A DNA stretch of 63,373 bases, counting the filler, from Chiloscyllium plagiosum (lineage: Eukaryota): assembly GCF_004010195.1 (NCBI RefSeq). It is 5 parts of one record of this genome, joined end to end, with 100 filler letters (N's around TTAATTAATTAA, not from the genome) between each part and the next. Parts side by side here need not be neighbours in the genome. Positions count along the whole stretch, not along the records: positions 1 to 25,885 come from NC_057713.1; 4 more parts are not named here. One strand, given 5' to 3'. Every line of letters begins with the position of its first letter. Position 1 is the stretch's first letter. Positions 1 through 12,772 of the stretch are shown here, one piece after another. Below the pieces are notes generated by a model. The model was not told the origin of the DNA and did not search any database. It worked only from the letters and a program-made list of their open reading frames with translations. The translations under genes and the position numbers were made by a program.

Positions 1-21
1 GCCGGGCTGGGAGTTTTTGTT

Positions 22-61
22 GCAAACGTTTCGTCCCCTGTCTAGGTGACATCATCAGTGC
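22..61 (-). ncRNA. Minimal hammerhead ribozyme (family P)
   Basis: Reverse complement reads gca-CTGATGA-t-GTCACCT-agac-AGGGGAC-GAAACGTT-tgc: stem I gca/tgc, stem II hairpin, palindromic ACGT stem III. Confidence 0.8.
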
Positions 62-129
62 TTGGGAGCCTCCTGTGAAGCGCTTCTTTGATGTTTTATA
101 GTGGTCTGTCCCTGCCGCTTCTGGTTGTC

Positions 130-452
130 AGTTTCAGCTGTCCGCTGTAGTGGTTGGTATATTGGGTCCAGGTCGATGTTTTTGTTGTTGGAGTTTGTGG
201 ATGAATGCCATGCCTCTAGGAATTCCCTGGCTGTTCTCTGTCTGGCTTGCCCTATGATAGTAGTGTTGTCCCAGTCGAATTCATGTTGCTTGTTGTCTGC
301 GTGTGTGGCTACTTAGGATAGCTGGTCGTGTCGTTTCGTGGCTAGTTGATGTTCATTATGCGGATTGTTAGCTGTCTTCCTGTTTGTCCTATATAGTGTT
401 TTGTGCAGTCCTTGCATGGTATTTTGTACACTACATTAGTTTTGCTCATGTT
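130..452 (-). pseudogene. PLE GIY-YIG endonuclease remnant
   Basis: Manual translation: NMSKTNVVYKIPCKDCTKHYIGQTGRQLTIRI/EHQ...HEFDWDNTTIIGQARQRTAREFLEAWHS, with a frameshift and a stop. Confidence 0.85.
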
Positions 453-569
453 GCCCAATATACCAACCACTACAGCGGACAGCTGAAACTGACAACCGGA
501 AGCGGCAGGGACAGACCACTATAAACACCGGAGGAAACATCAAAGAAGCGCTTCGCAGGAGCCTCCCAA

Positions 570-609
570 GCACTGATGATGTCGCCTAGCCAGGGGATGA
601 AACGTTTGC
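570..609 (+). ncRNA. Minimal hammerhead ribozyme (family P)
   Basis: gca-CTGATGA-tgtcgcctagccaggggat-GAAACGTT-tgc. Confidence 0.75.
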
Positions 610-679
610 AACAAAAACTTCCAGCTCGGCGAACAGAACCACAACAACGAGCACCCGAGCTACAAATCTTCGCACAAAC

Positions 680-1372
680 TTTGGAGACAGAGGAACTGGA
701 ATGGAATAGAGCCATTACAGGAAGCAGGGTGTGAGGATGTATAGTCCAGGTTGATGTGGGAATCGGTGGGTTTGTAGTGGATATCAGTGGCTAGTCTATC
801 CCCAGAAATGGACACAGAGAAGTTGAGGAAGGGAAGAGAGGAGTCAGAGATGGACCGGGTGAAGGTGAGAGCAGGGTGGAAACTGGAAGCGAAATCGATA
901 AACTTTTCCAATTCTGGATGAGAGGGCGAAGCAGCGTTGATGATGCCATCGATATATCGGAGAAAGAGTAATGGATGGAGGCCGGAGTGGGACTGGAACA
1001 AGGAATGTTCCACACACTCCACAAAGACGGGCATCACTGGGGCCCGTTCGGGTACCCATGGTCCCCCCCTCCCGAGCTGAGGAAAATGGCAGGAGTTAAA
1101 AGCGAAGTTATTGAGGGTGAGGATGAGCTTGGCCAGGCGGAGGAGGGTGGTGGAGATTCAGGCCTTGGTTCCAGGAAGATGTGGACAGCCCTGAGACCGT
1201 CCTGGGTGGGGGATGGATGGGTAAAGGGTTTGCACATCCATGGGAAAGAGAAGGCGGCTGGAGCCTGTGAACTGGAAATCCTGAAACTGGCGTAAAGCGT
1301 AAGAGGAATCGCGGATGTAAGTGGGCAGGGAGTGGACCAGGGGAGAAAGGATTAAGAGGACATTGGTTGAAC
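680..1372 (-). pseudogene. PLE reverse transcriptase fragment
   Basis: Frameshifted ORFs: LPTYIRDSS..MDVQTLYPSIPH, GTRTGPS, LRYIDG (YIDD motif), LPFLN, HYKPTDSH.LDYTSSHP. Confidence 0.85.
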
Positions 1373-1589
1373 ATGATGTGCAAATGAAGTAAGGGGAATG
1401 ATCGACAAAAAGACAGCAAGTAGCTAGGGGCTGGAATGCACTGCCTGGAAACGTGGTGGGGAGAGGCTTAATTGAGACATTCAAGAGGGTCATGGTTTTT
1501 GGGGTGGAAATGGGGAAAAAGGAGGAGATTGGCCCTCGGGGACAGAACCAGTGCAGGCACGATGGGCTGAACCCTTCTGCACTATAACG

Positions 1590-2065
1590 TGGGGCGACAC
1601 GTTGGCTCAGTGGTTAGCATTGCTGTCTCACAGCACCAGGGACCCGGGTTCGATTCCTGTCTGTGCAGAGTTTGCACATTCTCCCAGTGTCTGCATGGGT
1701 TTCCTCCAGGTGCTCTGGTTTCCTCCCACAATCCAAAGATGTGTGGGATCAGGTGAATTGGCCATGCTAAGGGGTGGCACGGTGGCTCAGTGGTTAGCAC
1801 TGCTGCCTCACATCACCAGGGTCCCAGGTTCGATCCCAGCCTCAGGCGGATGTCTGTGTGGAGTTTGCACATTCTCCCTGTGTCTGCGTGGGTTTCCTCT
1901 CACAATCAAAAGATGTGCATGTTAGGTGAATTGGCCATGCTAAATTGCCCATAGTGTTAGGTGTATTAGGCAGAGGGAAATGGGTCTGGGTGAGTTACCC
2001 TTCGGAGAGTCAGTGTGGACATGTTGGGCCAAAGGGCCTGTTTCTACACTGTAGGGAATCTAATC
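1590..2065 (+). mobile_element. Two tandem HE1-type tRNA-derived V-SINE copies (first one 3'-truncated)
   Basis: A box tggctcagtggtt, B box ggttcgattcc, V-domain gtgtggagtttgcacattctcc, CR1-like tail. Confidence 0.85.
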
Positions 2066-2079
2066 TTCCTGCTGTGAAG

Positions 2080-2520
2080 GATTGCTCTGGCCATGGAGTG
2101 TTTATTCACTTGTACCTTGTCACCAGTGGAACTGTTTGAGAAGTCAGTCAGGCATCGTTACTTCCTCAAGGCCCTACAGGTTCAGGAGATATTTGATCCT
2201 GCCAGGAAATATCCCAATCCAGTCAGGCAGAAAGCCTCACCACCAGGACGTTCAAACACTGACATGCCTTGGCTGGTGGTCACCATTAAATATCTCATGC
2301 CTACCTATGGTATAAGTATCACTGGACTTTGCCCTTGAGGTGGGAAAGAGATAGTCATGCATTTCCTTTAGGATCATATCTCTTCCTGAGGAGGTCTGGG
2401 AAAAAATGTCCTGTCAAGGTTCATTCTGAATAGTTATATGACACAGGACAATGGTGATGGATAGGCTGTTTCCAGGAACACAGCATGTGATAAACACCAT
2501 GAAAGGGCCATTGAGTCAAC
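2080..2520 (+). mobile_element. Highly degenerate Tx1-like LINE fragment
   Basis: Weak resemblance to the Tx1 ORF2 C-terminal region (gcagaaagcctcaccaccag...cttggctggtggt). Confidence 0.35.
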
Positions 2521-2744
2521 GGGAAGCACACCCAAAGTTACCAATCACTGAGAGTTGCCAATGATCCAGCGCTGAGCCAATCATTTAGGACTGAGATGAG
2601 TCGAAAATTGTTCAGTCAAAGATTTGTGAGTCTTGGAATTATGACGTGGGCATCCCGTTACTGAATGGTTAGGATTGACACATTTTCGATTTCTTGCAGA
2701 TGTGGGGAGGGCGTGGGAAATGGAGTTGAACCCAGAGGTCAGTT

Positions 2745-2966
2745 TTTTTCAAATCTTTCATGTGATGTCTGTGGAGCTACATGGACCACTATTTACTGCC
2801 CGTCCCTAGTTGCCCCCTTGAGAAGGTGGGGGTGAGCTGCCTTCTTGAACCGCTGCAGTCCATGTGCTGTAGGTAGACCCACAATGCCCTTAGGGAGGGA
2901 ATTCCAGGATTCTGACCCAGCGACACTGAAGGAACGGCGATATATTTCCAAGTCAGGATTGGTGAG
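2745..2966 (-). mobile_element. 3' tail of a CR1-group (Zenon-like) LINE
   Basis: Reverse complement of the tail seen at 14860-15020 and 48820-49035. Confidence 0.7.
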
Positions 2967-3343
2967 CGTTTTTAAGCTGAGACTCCTGGTTCTAGTCTCT
3001 CCCTCAAAGGGGAAAAGATCTTTTCAGGATCCATTCTGTCGATATTCCTCCAGATCCTTTATGTTACAATACCATCACCTGTAACATGTAAAATTCTAAC
3101 AGGACTCAACAGGCCAGATATAGGGAGAGGGAGGGTGGTCCACCTGGGTGAGAGTGTCTTGACCCAGGGGACACAGTCTTAGGATCTGGGTAGACGATTT
3201 AGGACCAAGAGGGGGAAACATTTCTTCACTCAGAGGGGAGGGAACCTGTGGGATTCTCCACCATAGGAAGGTGGGGAAGTGGGGGCAAGTCTCCACGAAG
3301 ATGGGGATGGCCTAGTGGTATAATTGTGAGACTATTAATCCAG

Positions 3344-3562
3344 GGAGGAGAAAGTGAGGACTGCAGATGCTGGAGAGCAGAGCTGAAAATGTGTTGCTGG
3401 AAAAGCGCAGCAGGTCAGGCAGCATCCAAGGAGCAGGAGAATCGACGTTTCGGGCATGAGCCCTTCTTCATTCCTGAAGAAGGGCTCATGCCCGAAACGT
3501 CGATTCTCCTGCTCCTTGGATGCTGCCTGACCTGCTGCGTTTTTCCAGCAACACGTTTTCAG
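3344..3562. mobile_element. Palindromic PLE-terminus insertion (family A) with 12 bp TSD
   Basis: Near-perfect inverted arms ~3380-3470 and 3475-3564. TSD ctattaatccag at 3332-3343 and 3563-3574. Confidence 0.9.
3471..3505 (+). ncRNA. Minimal hammerhead ribozyme (family A)
   Basis: ttc-CTGAAGA-aGGGCtcatGCCC-GAAACGTC-gatt. Confidence 0.75.
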
Positions 3563-4596
3563 CTATTAATCCAGAGACCCAGGTAATGATCTGAGCACCC
3601 TGCATCAAATCCTGCCATGGCAGATGGTAGAACTTGAGCTCCACACCTATGTGGAAGTAAGACTCTAATGGTGACCGTGAATCAATTATTGGGAAAACCT
3701 GTTGGGTTCACTAACGTCCTTTAGGGAAGGAAACTGCCATCCTTACCTGGTCTCTCCTACATGTGACTCCAGACCCACAGCCAATGTGGTTGACCCTGAG
3801 CTGTCTTCCAGGATTTATTGATGGGAAACACACACTGGCCTGAGTAAGACCCCCCCCCCCATACTGTGAATGAATTTTTGAAAAAGTCACTGAACACGCT
3901 TAAGAAAGAGAATTTTTTTTCGAGGGGTGTGGGGAGAAAGCAGATAGTAGATCTGCTATAATCTTATTGAATGGTGGGGCAGGCTCAAAAGGCTGAATGG
4001 CCTTCTCCCAAGTTTCTACATCTCCACCTCTCCTTTCTCTCATCTCTATTGGATACACACTCACCCATTGCAAGCCTTCCTTTCTCAAGGTAATGAACAA
4101 AATGGTCACTGAATTTAAAAGGAGATTCCACTGGACATATTGGAAAATGAGAACAGATTCAGATTTATTCATATTAATTCATATTTTCATTGTTAAATTC
4201 TTCTCTCTTTCTGAAACACGTCAGAAAAAATGATAAAACGTCTTTGTTCTTAAGAAAGGATTCATGATGGCATATAATGACAAATTAAATCCAATTGTAA
4301 AGTAATTTATTGCACAGTCAACAAAATCAGGTCAGTTTGGTTAAACTGGGAGATATGATCTGATGCTAATGGTAACCCACTTTAAACTCTGTAAGAAACA
4401 TTTTAAATTTAAATGTCACTCTCCAACTTTTTTGAGGTAACACATCAGGATATAAATGCACTGGGCCATTGAACAATAGCCACTTTCATTTTTATAGTGC
4501 CTTTAACAGAGTGAAACATACCAGGGCAATTCATAGGAGCAACATGGTTAGAAGAGTAATGATGGTGTGGTGGTAATGTCACTGCAGGGACCCTGT

Positions 4597-5862
4597 TGAA
4601 TTGAATTGAATTGAATTGAATTGAATTTATTGTCACATGCACCGAGGCACAGTGAAAAGCTTTGTGCGAGCAATACAGGCAGATCACAGAGTTAAATAGC
4701 GTAGATAGTAAATAATAGGGAAACAGCGGCAAAAACAAAAACACAGGTACAGGCAAATGTTAAGCGTTTGTGAGTCCATTCAGTATTCTAACAACAGTAG
4801 GGTAGACACTGTTGTGAAACCGGCTGGTGCGTGTGTTCAGGCTTCTGTACCTTCTCCCCGATGGTAGAGGTTGTAGAGAAACATTGCCAGAGTGGGATGG
4901 ATCTTTGAGAATGCTGGCGGCCTTTCCTTGACAGCGGGCCTGGTAGATGGATTCTCTAAATGGGAGGTCGGCCTTTGTGATTGTCCAGGCCAAGTTCACC
5001 ACTCTCCGTAACCGTCTCTGATCTTGAATGGTACAGTTGCCATACCAGGTAGTGATACATCCAGACAGAATGCTCTCGATGGTGCACCTATAAAAGTTGG
5101 TGAGGGTATTCACCGTCATTCCAAATTTCCTCAGCTGCCTGAGGAAGAAGAGACATTGTTAGGCCTTTGTAACCATGCATCCACATGAAGAGTCCAAGAA
5201 AGCTTGTTATGGATGACCATTCCCAGGAGCTTGACACTCTCCACTCATTCCACCTCTGTGCTGTTAATGTGTAGGGGGGCATGAGTAACATCCTGACAAA
5301 AGTCAATAATGAGTTCCTTCATTTTGCCAGCATTGAGAGCTAGGTTGTTCTCAGTGCCCCATTTTTCCAGGTTTCGTTGCCATCTAAGATTCGACCGACT
5401 ATGGTGGTGTCATCAGCGAACTTGTAAATGGCATTAGTCTGGTATTTGGCAACGCAGTCATGGGTATACAGTGAGTACAGCGGGGGGCTGAGTACGCAGC
5501 CCTGGGGATCGAGTGTTGAGTGTTAGTGAGGATGAAATATTATCCTCAATCTTCACTGATTGTGGCCTGTGGGTCAGGAAACTGAGGATCCAGTTACAGA
5601 GAGTGGGGCTAAGTCCGAGATCACTAAGTTTAGTAATCAGTCTCTAAGGGATAATAGTGTTGAAGACTGAACTGTAGTCAATGAGTAGGATTCTTATGTA
5701 GCTGTTCTTGGTGTCAAGGTGTTCTAGGGAGGAGTGAAGGGCAAGGGGTATGTCATCTGATGTGGAGCTGTTGGTCCGATAGGCAAATTGGAGTGGGTCA
5801 AGAGTAGTGGGGAGGCTGGAGTTGATTAATGCCATGACCAGCCTTTCAAAGCACTTCATGAC
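4597..5862 (-). mobile_element. Rex1/Babar LINE, 5'-truncated and decayed
   Basis: [46 protein letters not shown]; (ATTCA)n 3' tail at 4597-4627. Confidence 0.9.
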
Positions 5863-6049
5863 TTAATGCTCTGGGATTGTGGTTTCAAATCTCATGAGTT
5901 AAATTTCAATTCAATTAATAAATCTGGGATTAAAAGCTATTGGTAGTAACCATGACAATAGCTTCCATGCTAATGAAAGGGATACATCATTGAAAACCTC
6001 AGGATACACATGGAGAGGGGCAGATTTGGGGTCCCAATATCCCATTCTA

Positions 6050-6263
6050 TTTAGCATCCCTATCGTGTGGAAACAGGCCAACTGAGTCCACATTAACCTT
6101 CTGCAGAACATCCCATTCAGACCCACATTTCCACCCCTTCCCTGTAACCCTGCATTCCTCACCTAACCTGCACATCCCTGGAAACTGGAGCACCCGGAGG
6201 AAACCCAGGCAGACACAGGGCGAATGTGCAAACTCCACACAGACAGCTGCCCAAGGCTGGAAT
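6050..6263 (-). mobile_element. HE1-type SINE (partial)
   Basis: Reverse complement of V-domain and tail. Confidence 0.8.
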
Positions 6264-6493
6264 CATGATTTTATAAATCTCTACAAGGCCACTCCTCAGC
6301 TTCCAATGCTTCGGGGAAAATAGCCCCGGCCTGTTCAGCCCCTCCTTATAGCTTACTGGAGGAGTTTTGAATCTGCTGCCAACGCCCATCTGTTTCACTA
6401 ATATCCTTCCAGACAGACTGAAATGGGCATCCTTACCTCGTCTGGCCTACATGTGACTCCAGACCCACAGCAATGTGGTTGACTTAAAACGGC

Positions 6494-6787
6494 CATCCCC
6501 CGACTCCCTTCCCAGCCCCTCCCCCTCCCCCTCCCAGCCACCAACTGGATTCCTTCCTCCCATTGACCAACCAGGTCGTACCCTCTACCCGTCTTCACCT
6601 ATCCCCACTTCACCAACTTGCCCCCCCCACAAGCCCCTTTATCTGCAGCCACCCCCCTACACCCACCCCCAGTGCTGAAGAAGGGTTACACCTGACTTGT
6701 CCACCTCCTGATGCTGCCTGCCTTGCTGTGTTCTCCCAGCCTCCTGCCTGTCTACCTTGGATTCCAGTATCTGCCGTCTTTTTTGTC
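6494..6787 (+). mobile_element. PLE terminus (family B) inserted in the tail of a family-B SINE; hammerhead partly deleted
   Basis: cagtgCTGAAGAagggttacacc..., followed by ctcctgatgctgcctgccttgctgtgttct. Confidence 0.7.
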
Positions 6788-7574
6788 TCTGAAATGACTC
6801 AACAGACCTCTCATCTGAAAAGCAATTTAAGGCTGGTGCGTAATTACTGACCATGGTCAGTAACTGGAAGATGCAGGAGCAGAAACAAGCCACATGGTCG
6901 TTTAAGTCTGTTCTCTGTTTCAGTGAGAGCGTGGGTCATCTGAAAATCCTCCACTCCACTTTCTTGCCTTTAACCCATCACTGGATTTCCTCACCAATTC
7001 AATTATTCAGCTGACTCAAGCAGAAGTCCCTTCTGATATTGATTCTAAAGTCAGACGTTTGAACCTTGACCCACTTTAGGCCCTTGCATTTTTAATTTGA
7101 GGTAATCTTCGAGTATATAATCTTCTGTAAGGTCACATTACAGGACCTCCCATCGCAAGCACCGAGACTCTCCAGATGTCTCTCAGTCGTGGTGTTTTTC
7201 ATATTTGTCTTTGACAAGCAGCTGTCTACAAGCCCAATTACATAGAATTATGTTGGATTACTGTAGATTATTTAGGATTACATCGAAAATGCAGCTCAGG
7301 AGCTTGTGGTTTCTGGTCCAGGCCCTCCGTTCTATCTCTCACCACCTTCATCAGTAATAGCAGCTACAACAAGAGAAGAGAGTTTTGCCATTTGACCCCT
7401 TGACTTTGTGTTTCCATTCTAGGTCCTGATTGGTCGTCTACCTTAATTGCCCTTTCCTGCACTATCCGTCTTTTTAAAATTCTTTCATTGAATGTAGGTG
7501 TCACTGCCTAGGCTGGATATTATCTTTCTGGATGTAAGATGGTCCTGGACATGGTCGCCTCCTTGCGAGCCTGC

Positions 7575-7803
7575 ATGCAGATCTAAGTTTCCTGCACTCT
7601 TTAAACTTAATGGCAAACTTTTAAAAATTGCTAATAACTATGTTTTAACATTCGCCTGTCCCTGTGTTTTTGTCTTTGCCGCTGTTTCCCTATTATTTAC
7701 TGATCTATGCTCCTTAACTCTGTGATCTGCCTGTATTGCTCACAAGACAAAGCTTTTCACTGTGCCTCAGTACACGTGACAATCAATTCAGTTCAGTTCA
7801 ATT
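7575..7803 (+). mobile_element. Rex1-like 3' UTR remnant
   Basis: Reverse complement of 4600-4760. Confidence 0.75.
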
Positions 7804-7879
7804 TGTTACCCGTCCCTATATGCCATTGATCTGAGCCACGTGTTAATCCATTTAAGTGTCAACCACATCGCTGTGGGAA

Positions 7880-8062
7880 TGGAGAGACATGTTGGACAGA
7901 CCAGGTAAGGAAGGCAGATTTCCTTTCTCTAAAGGGAACTGTGGAGAGACATGTTGGACAGACCAGGTAAGGAGGGCAGATTTCTTTTCTCTAAAGGGAA
8001 CTGTGGAGAGACATGTTGGACAGACCAGGTAAGGAGGGCAGATTTCCTTTCTCTAAAGGGAA
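7880..8062. repeat. 62 bp tandem repeat, about 3 copies, derived from the family-B SINE core
   Basis: tggagagacatgttggacagaccaggtaagga.ggcagattt.ctttctctaaagggaactg repeated. Confidence 0.9.
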
Positions 8063-8159
8063 TCAGATACATTTTTACAAAAAAAAGAGTGGCAGTTTCA
8101 TGGTCACCATCACCGAGACTAACTTTCAATCCAGTTTTGTTAGTTAATAAAAATGTAGG

Positions 8160-9312
8160 AGCAGGTGATTGCAGATGCTGGAATCTGAACTGAAAACAGA
8201 AAATGCTGGAGATCACAGTGGTGAGAGACAAACAAAAACGTGCAGATGCTGGAATCCAAAGTAGGCAGGCAGGAGGCTGGATGAACACAGCAAGGCAGGC
8301 AGCATCAGGAGGGACAGGCAGGAGGCTGGATGAACACAGCAAGGCAGGCAGCATCAGGAGGTGGTGAAGTCAACATTTCAGGTGTAACCCTTCCTCCGGA
8401 CTGGGGGTGGGTGCAGGGGGAGCTGCACATAAAGTGGGTGGCAGTGGCAGGGGCAGGGTGATGACGTGGGGATGGGTGAAGACAGGTAGAGGGCACAACC
8501 TGGTTGGTCAATGGGAGGAATGAATCCGGTTGGTGGCTGGAATCAGCAGAAGGGAGGGGGAGGGACGGGGAAGGGAGTCGGGGGGATGGGGAGGGAGGGT
8601 ATTTGAAATTGGAGAACTCAATGTTGAGTCCGCCGGGCTGTAGGCTGCCCAGGTGGGCAATAACGTGTTGTTCCTCCAGTAGGTGCTGTGGTTCCTTGTG
8701 GCAATGGAGGAGATCACAGTGGGTCAGGCAGCATCCGTGGGGAGAGAGCAAGCGAACACTTCCAGTCGAGATGACTCTTCATCGGATCTGACGTGAAGTG
8801 TGGAGGGGACAGCATTTATATAATAGTGGGAGAGTGGAGTGCTAAGGGAGAAGAGGTGTTAATAGTTCAGATTAAGTGATCAGAATGTGAGAATGGCAGA
8901 AGAGTGATGAGTCTAACTGCCAGACTGGGAAAGGACAGACTGGGGCAGGGGAGAGAGGACATGGTGACAGAGAATACAACAAATAAAGTTAAAAGGAAGG
9001 GAAGGAATGGGAGTTGGTCACAATGTGAGGGTGTTGAACTCAATATTAAGTCCAGGAGGTTATAAAGTGCCCAGTCTGAAGATGAAGTGTTTCTTGTCAG
9101 TTTGCCACTGTGATTCACTGGGGCATTGAAGCATGCTGAAGACAGGACGCTGTGTTAAAGTGACTGGCTGGAGGAAGGTCAGGCTCCTGCTTACACGCAG
9201 CCTGGAGGTGTTCTACAAAGCGGTCACCCAGTCTGTGTTTGGTTTCTCCAATGTAGACTAGGCCATAATGAGTGCAGCAAATACAATACACCAGATTGGA
9301 GGGGGATACAGT
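8160..9312 (-). mobile_element. Nested PLE 3' ends (family B inside family D) with GIY-YIG remnant
   Basis: SNLVYCICCTHYGLVYIGETKHRLGDRFVEHL (9115-9333 ORF); ggagatcacagtgg duplicated near 8208 and 8709. Confidence 0.8.
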
Positions 9313-9315
9313 TGA

Positions 9316-9700
9316 ACATAGAACACAGGACATAGAACATAATCCCGTAGTACAGGCCCTTCAGCCCTTGATGTTGCACCAACCTGTGAAACCAATCTAA
9401 AGCTACGCTATTCCATTTTCATCCATTTATTTATCCAATGACCATTGAAATGCCCTTAGTGTTAGCGAGTCTACGGCTGTTGCAGGCAGGGCATTCCACA
9501 CCCATACTACTCTCTGAGTAACGAAACTACCTCTGCCATCTGTCCGAGATCTATCACCCCTCAATTTAAAGCTATGTCCCGTTGTGCTAGACATCACCAT
9601 CCGAGGAAAAAGGTTCTCCCTGTCCGCCCTATCTAACCCTCTGATTATCTTATATGTCTCTATTAAAACACCTCTTAAGCTTCTTCTTTCTAATGAAAAC
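9316..9700 (-). mobile_element. CR1 LINE 3' fragment
   Basis: FSLERRSLRGVLIETYKII...FVTQRVVWVWNALP; (TTCTATG)-type tail. Confidence 0.85.
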
Positions 9701-10399
9701 ATGAAAGTTGCTTCACTTTGAGTGACTGTTTAGGTCCTTGGATGGTGAGCAGGGAAGAAGGTGCAACATATGCTGTTAAACTTTGCTTGATCATTTCCTT
9801 GGTGAAGCACTTTGGAGCATCAGAAGGTGCTACATAAATGCAAGTTGTTATTAACTTCTCAGCTGGTCAGGGAACAATGATGTGAGCATCAGCACATTGG
9901 CACTCAGTGAAATATGATTACTGGCTCAGGGAAGAATACCTTTAAAGATGCCATCACACTTTTGCATCAATATTATCAGAATTGGCACTGTACATTGTAA
10001 TAATATGCTGTTTCTATCTTTCAGAGATAATTTTATTATCGTAAATGTAAGAAGCAATTTTCTTTATAAAGTAACTTCCAATATTACATCAACTCACAAG
10101 TCAAAGATGTAACATTAATTAGTTTGTAACATAGCAGATAGGTATGGTATCATTACAGTTTCATTTTATTCAAATAATTTTCTCAATTCTATCTGTTCAG
10201 CATCCTAAATGGAAAGTACAATAGTGGTGCTTCCAGGATTTGATTACAGGAATGACAGAAAGCTCAAGGAGAAAGGGTCTGAGAGGGGGCACTTATCAAT
10301 CTATTAGTTTGCGGAGGAAGCTGTTGCACACATTGTCACTGAGGGGCATATAGAACGTAAAACATGCTGATACCACAAACACATTCCAGGCATTCACTG

Positions 10400-10830
10400 T
10401 GGGAAGGTGAGGCCCAGTGGTATTCCCCTGATGAAGGGCTTTTGCCCGAAGCGTCGATTTTCCTGCTCCTCAGATGCTGCCTGAACTGCTGTGCTTTTCC
10501 AACACCACTCTAATCTGGAACCCAGTGGTATTCTTGCTGGGCTGTTAATCCAGAGACCCGGATAACAGTCTGGGGTCCCGGGTTTGAATCCCAACATGAC
10601 TAATGGGGGAGTTTGAATTCAATGGTGACCCTGAAACTATTGCTGGTTGTTGGGAAAACCCATAATGTCCTTCAGGGAAGGAAACTGCCATCCTTACCCG
10701 GCCCGACCTACATGTGACTCCAGACCCACAGTGGTTGATATTTCACTTCCCTTTGGGGATATTGCCCATTGATGGGCAATAATTGTTTCCTAGCCAGCGA
10801 TGGACTCATCTCAGGAATCAATAAAAATAA
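10400..10830 (+). mobile_element. Family-B SINE with a hammerhead element inserted in its head
   Basis: SINE head, core and tail recognisable on both sides of the insertion. Confidence 0.8.
10426..10520 (+). mobile_element. Solo PLE hammerhead insertion (family A) with 13 bp TSD
   Basis: TSD cccagtggtattc at 10413-10425 and 10521-10533; CTGATGAagggcttttgcccGAAGCGTC. Confidence 0.85.
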
Positions 10831-11259
10831 ATTCCCCACTCGATCCTTGGACAGCCATAATGTGCAACTTACACATTTCTCCAATGCTGACGATGTGAAT
10901 TTCTGATTGAAACAGCCTCCATCTTCCGTTAGACCCACAGAGGGACAACCAGAAGATCCAATCCGACATTTCACCACATGGAGAATTCCAGAACTAGGCT
11001 GAGGCTACTGATAACATAGTTGCAAAAGTCTTTGAAAGAAAGTGAGGTAAATAAAGTGTAGGAATGTGAGAAGGTCATGAGGAGGCGGTAGTGTGATGGT
11101 GTTATCACTCGGTTACTAATCCAGAGACCCCAGTAATGTTCTGGGGATCTGGTATCCTAACCTGGTCTGCTCTACACATGACTCAAGATCCACAGTAATG
11201 TGGTTGATACTTAACTAACCTCTGGGCAATATAGGATGGGTGACAAATAATGACCATCC

Positions 11260-11760
11260 ATGCCCACATCCCAGACTCCCACTTATTGACTTTAGTTCTG
11301 CGTTCAACGCTATAATTCCAACCAAACTCATCTCCAAACTCTTGAGACCTAGGACTCTGCTCCCCTCTCCTGCCCCCCTCCCTCCGCGACGGAATCCTCG
11401 ACTTCCTGACCCGTAAACCGCAATCAGAAAGAATAGGCCACACTTCCTCTTCCAAAATCCTCTACAGCAGGTCTGCATCCTCAACTCCTGACTATCCTCG
11501 TATACACACCCAATGGTGTGGACAAATTCAGCTCAAAGGCCATTTCCAAATTTGCTGATGACACCACCATAGTGGGTCAAGTCTCAGACAATGACAAGAC
11601 ATAATACAGGAAAGAGATAGTTAGCTTTTGTGACATGGGGTGTAAATACAGCAATCTCTCCCTTAACGTCAGTAAAATGAAAGAGCTGGTCAGCGACTTC
11701 GGGAAATGAAGTGGAGGACTATGACTCTATGATGTGCCCCGTCTCTGTCAATGGTGCTGA
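11260..11760 (+). mobile_element. Older Rex1-like RT fragment
   Basis: ttattgactttagttctgcgttcaac (DFSSAFN); aaatttgctgatgacacc (KFADDT). Confidence 0.7.
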
Positions 11761-11999
11761 GCATCGATGGGGGATGGGGGCGGATGTTTCTGGTGTCATG
11801 TTTTCTGAGTGTTGTTGGAGCTGCACCCATCCAGGCATGTGGGGAGTACCTGTATTCCATCACACTCCTGACTTATGCCTTGTGGACAGGCTTTAGGGAG
11901 GCTAGAGGTGAATTACTCGCTGTTTTAGCCATAGTATTTGTACGGCAAGGCCAGTTCAGTTTCTGATCAATATTAACATCAGGATGTTAATATATAGTG

Positions 12000-12158
12000 C
12001 TGGATGTTTAGTGGAATATTTAATTGTGTACAATACTGGGTGTTTAGTGGAATATTTAGCTGTGTATAATACTGGATATTTAGTGGAATATTTAGCTGTG
12101 TATAATAGCTGTGTATAATACTGGATATTTAGTGGAATATTTAGCTGTGTATAATACT
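12000..12158. repeat. 36 bp minisatellite, about 4 copies
   Basis: ctggatatttagtggaatatttagctgtgtataata repeated. Confidence 0.9.
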
Positions 12159-12454
12159 ACTCTCCTTGTTTTAGGAAGGTTGTAAACACATTGGAGACTG
12201 TGAAGAGAAGATTTAGGTCTAATACCGGGAATGGGCCAGTTGGGGTGTTATATGAGACTGATTGGGTTAATAATTACTAGAATGTGAAAATGTAAGTGGA
12301 ATTTTGATTGAAATTGGTAAGATCCTGAGGGGTGGATGTGGAGTGGATTGTTCCTCTTGTTGGAAGCATCTAGAATGAGGGGTAACCATTTAAAGCTCAG
12401 GGGTTGTCCATTTAAGACAAAGATGTGGCAAATTTTATTCCCTCATTGATTGTG

Positions 12455-12772
12455 AGTCATAGAATCGTAGAATCCCAACTGTGTGGAAGCAGGCCATTCA
12501 GCCCATTGAGTCCACACCGACCCTCTGAAGAGCAGCCCACCCAGATTTACCTTCCCTACCCCATCTCTTCATTTCCCATGGCTAACCCACCTAACATGCA
12601 CACCCCTGGACAGTACGGACAATTTAGCATGGTCAATCCTACCTAACCTGCCCATCTTCAGATTGTGGGAGGAAACTGGAGCACCCGGAGGAAACCCACA
12701 CAGACACGGGGAGAATATGCAAACTCCACACAGACAGTCATCCGAGGCGGGAATCAAAACCAGGTCCCTGAT
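12455..12772 (-). mobile_element. HE1-type SINE
   Basis: Reverse-complement V-domain and tail. Confidence 0.85.

Larger units (their letters stand above)
1..675. mobile_element. Penelope-like element 3' end with inverted terminal repeat (family P, Poseidon-like)
   Basis: 1-~170 is the reverse complement of ~455-630. A GIY-YIG remnant lies between the arms, and each arm carries a hammerhead motif. Confidence 0.85.
3300..3880 (+). mobile_element. tRNA-derived SINE family B, interrupted by a hammerhead palindrome
   Basis: Head ggcctagtggta...taatccagagacccag; core ggttcactaa..tcctttagggaaggaaactgccatccttacctggtct. Confidence 0.8.

Noticed and set aside
1590..1660. tRNA genes (A/B boxes)
   Set aside because: These are tRNA-derived SINE heads followed by V-domain or SINE bodies, not cloverleaf tRNAs.
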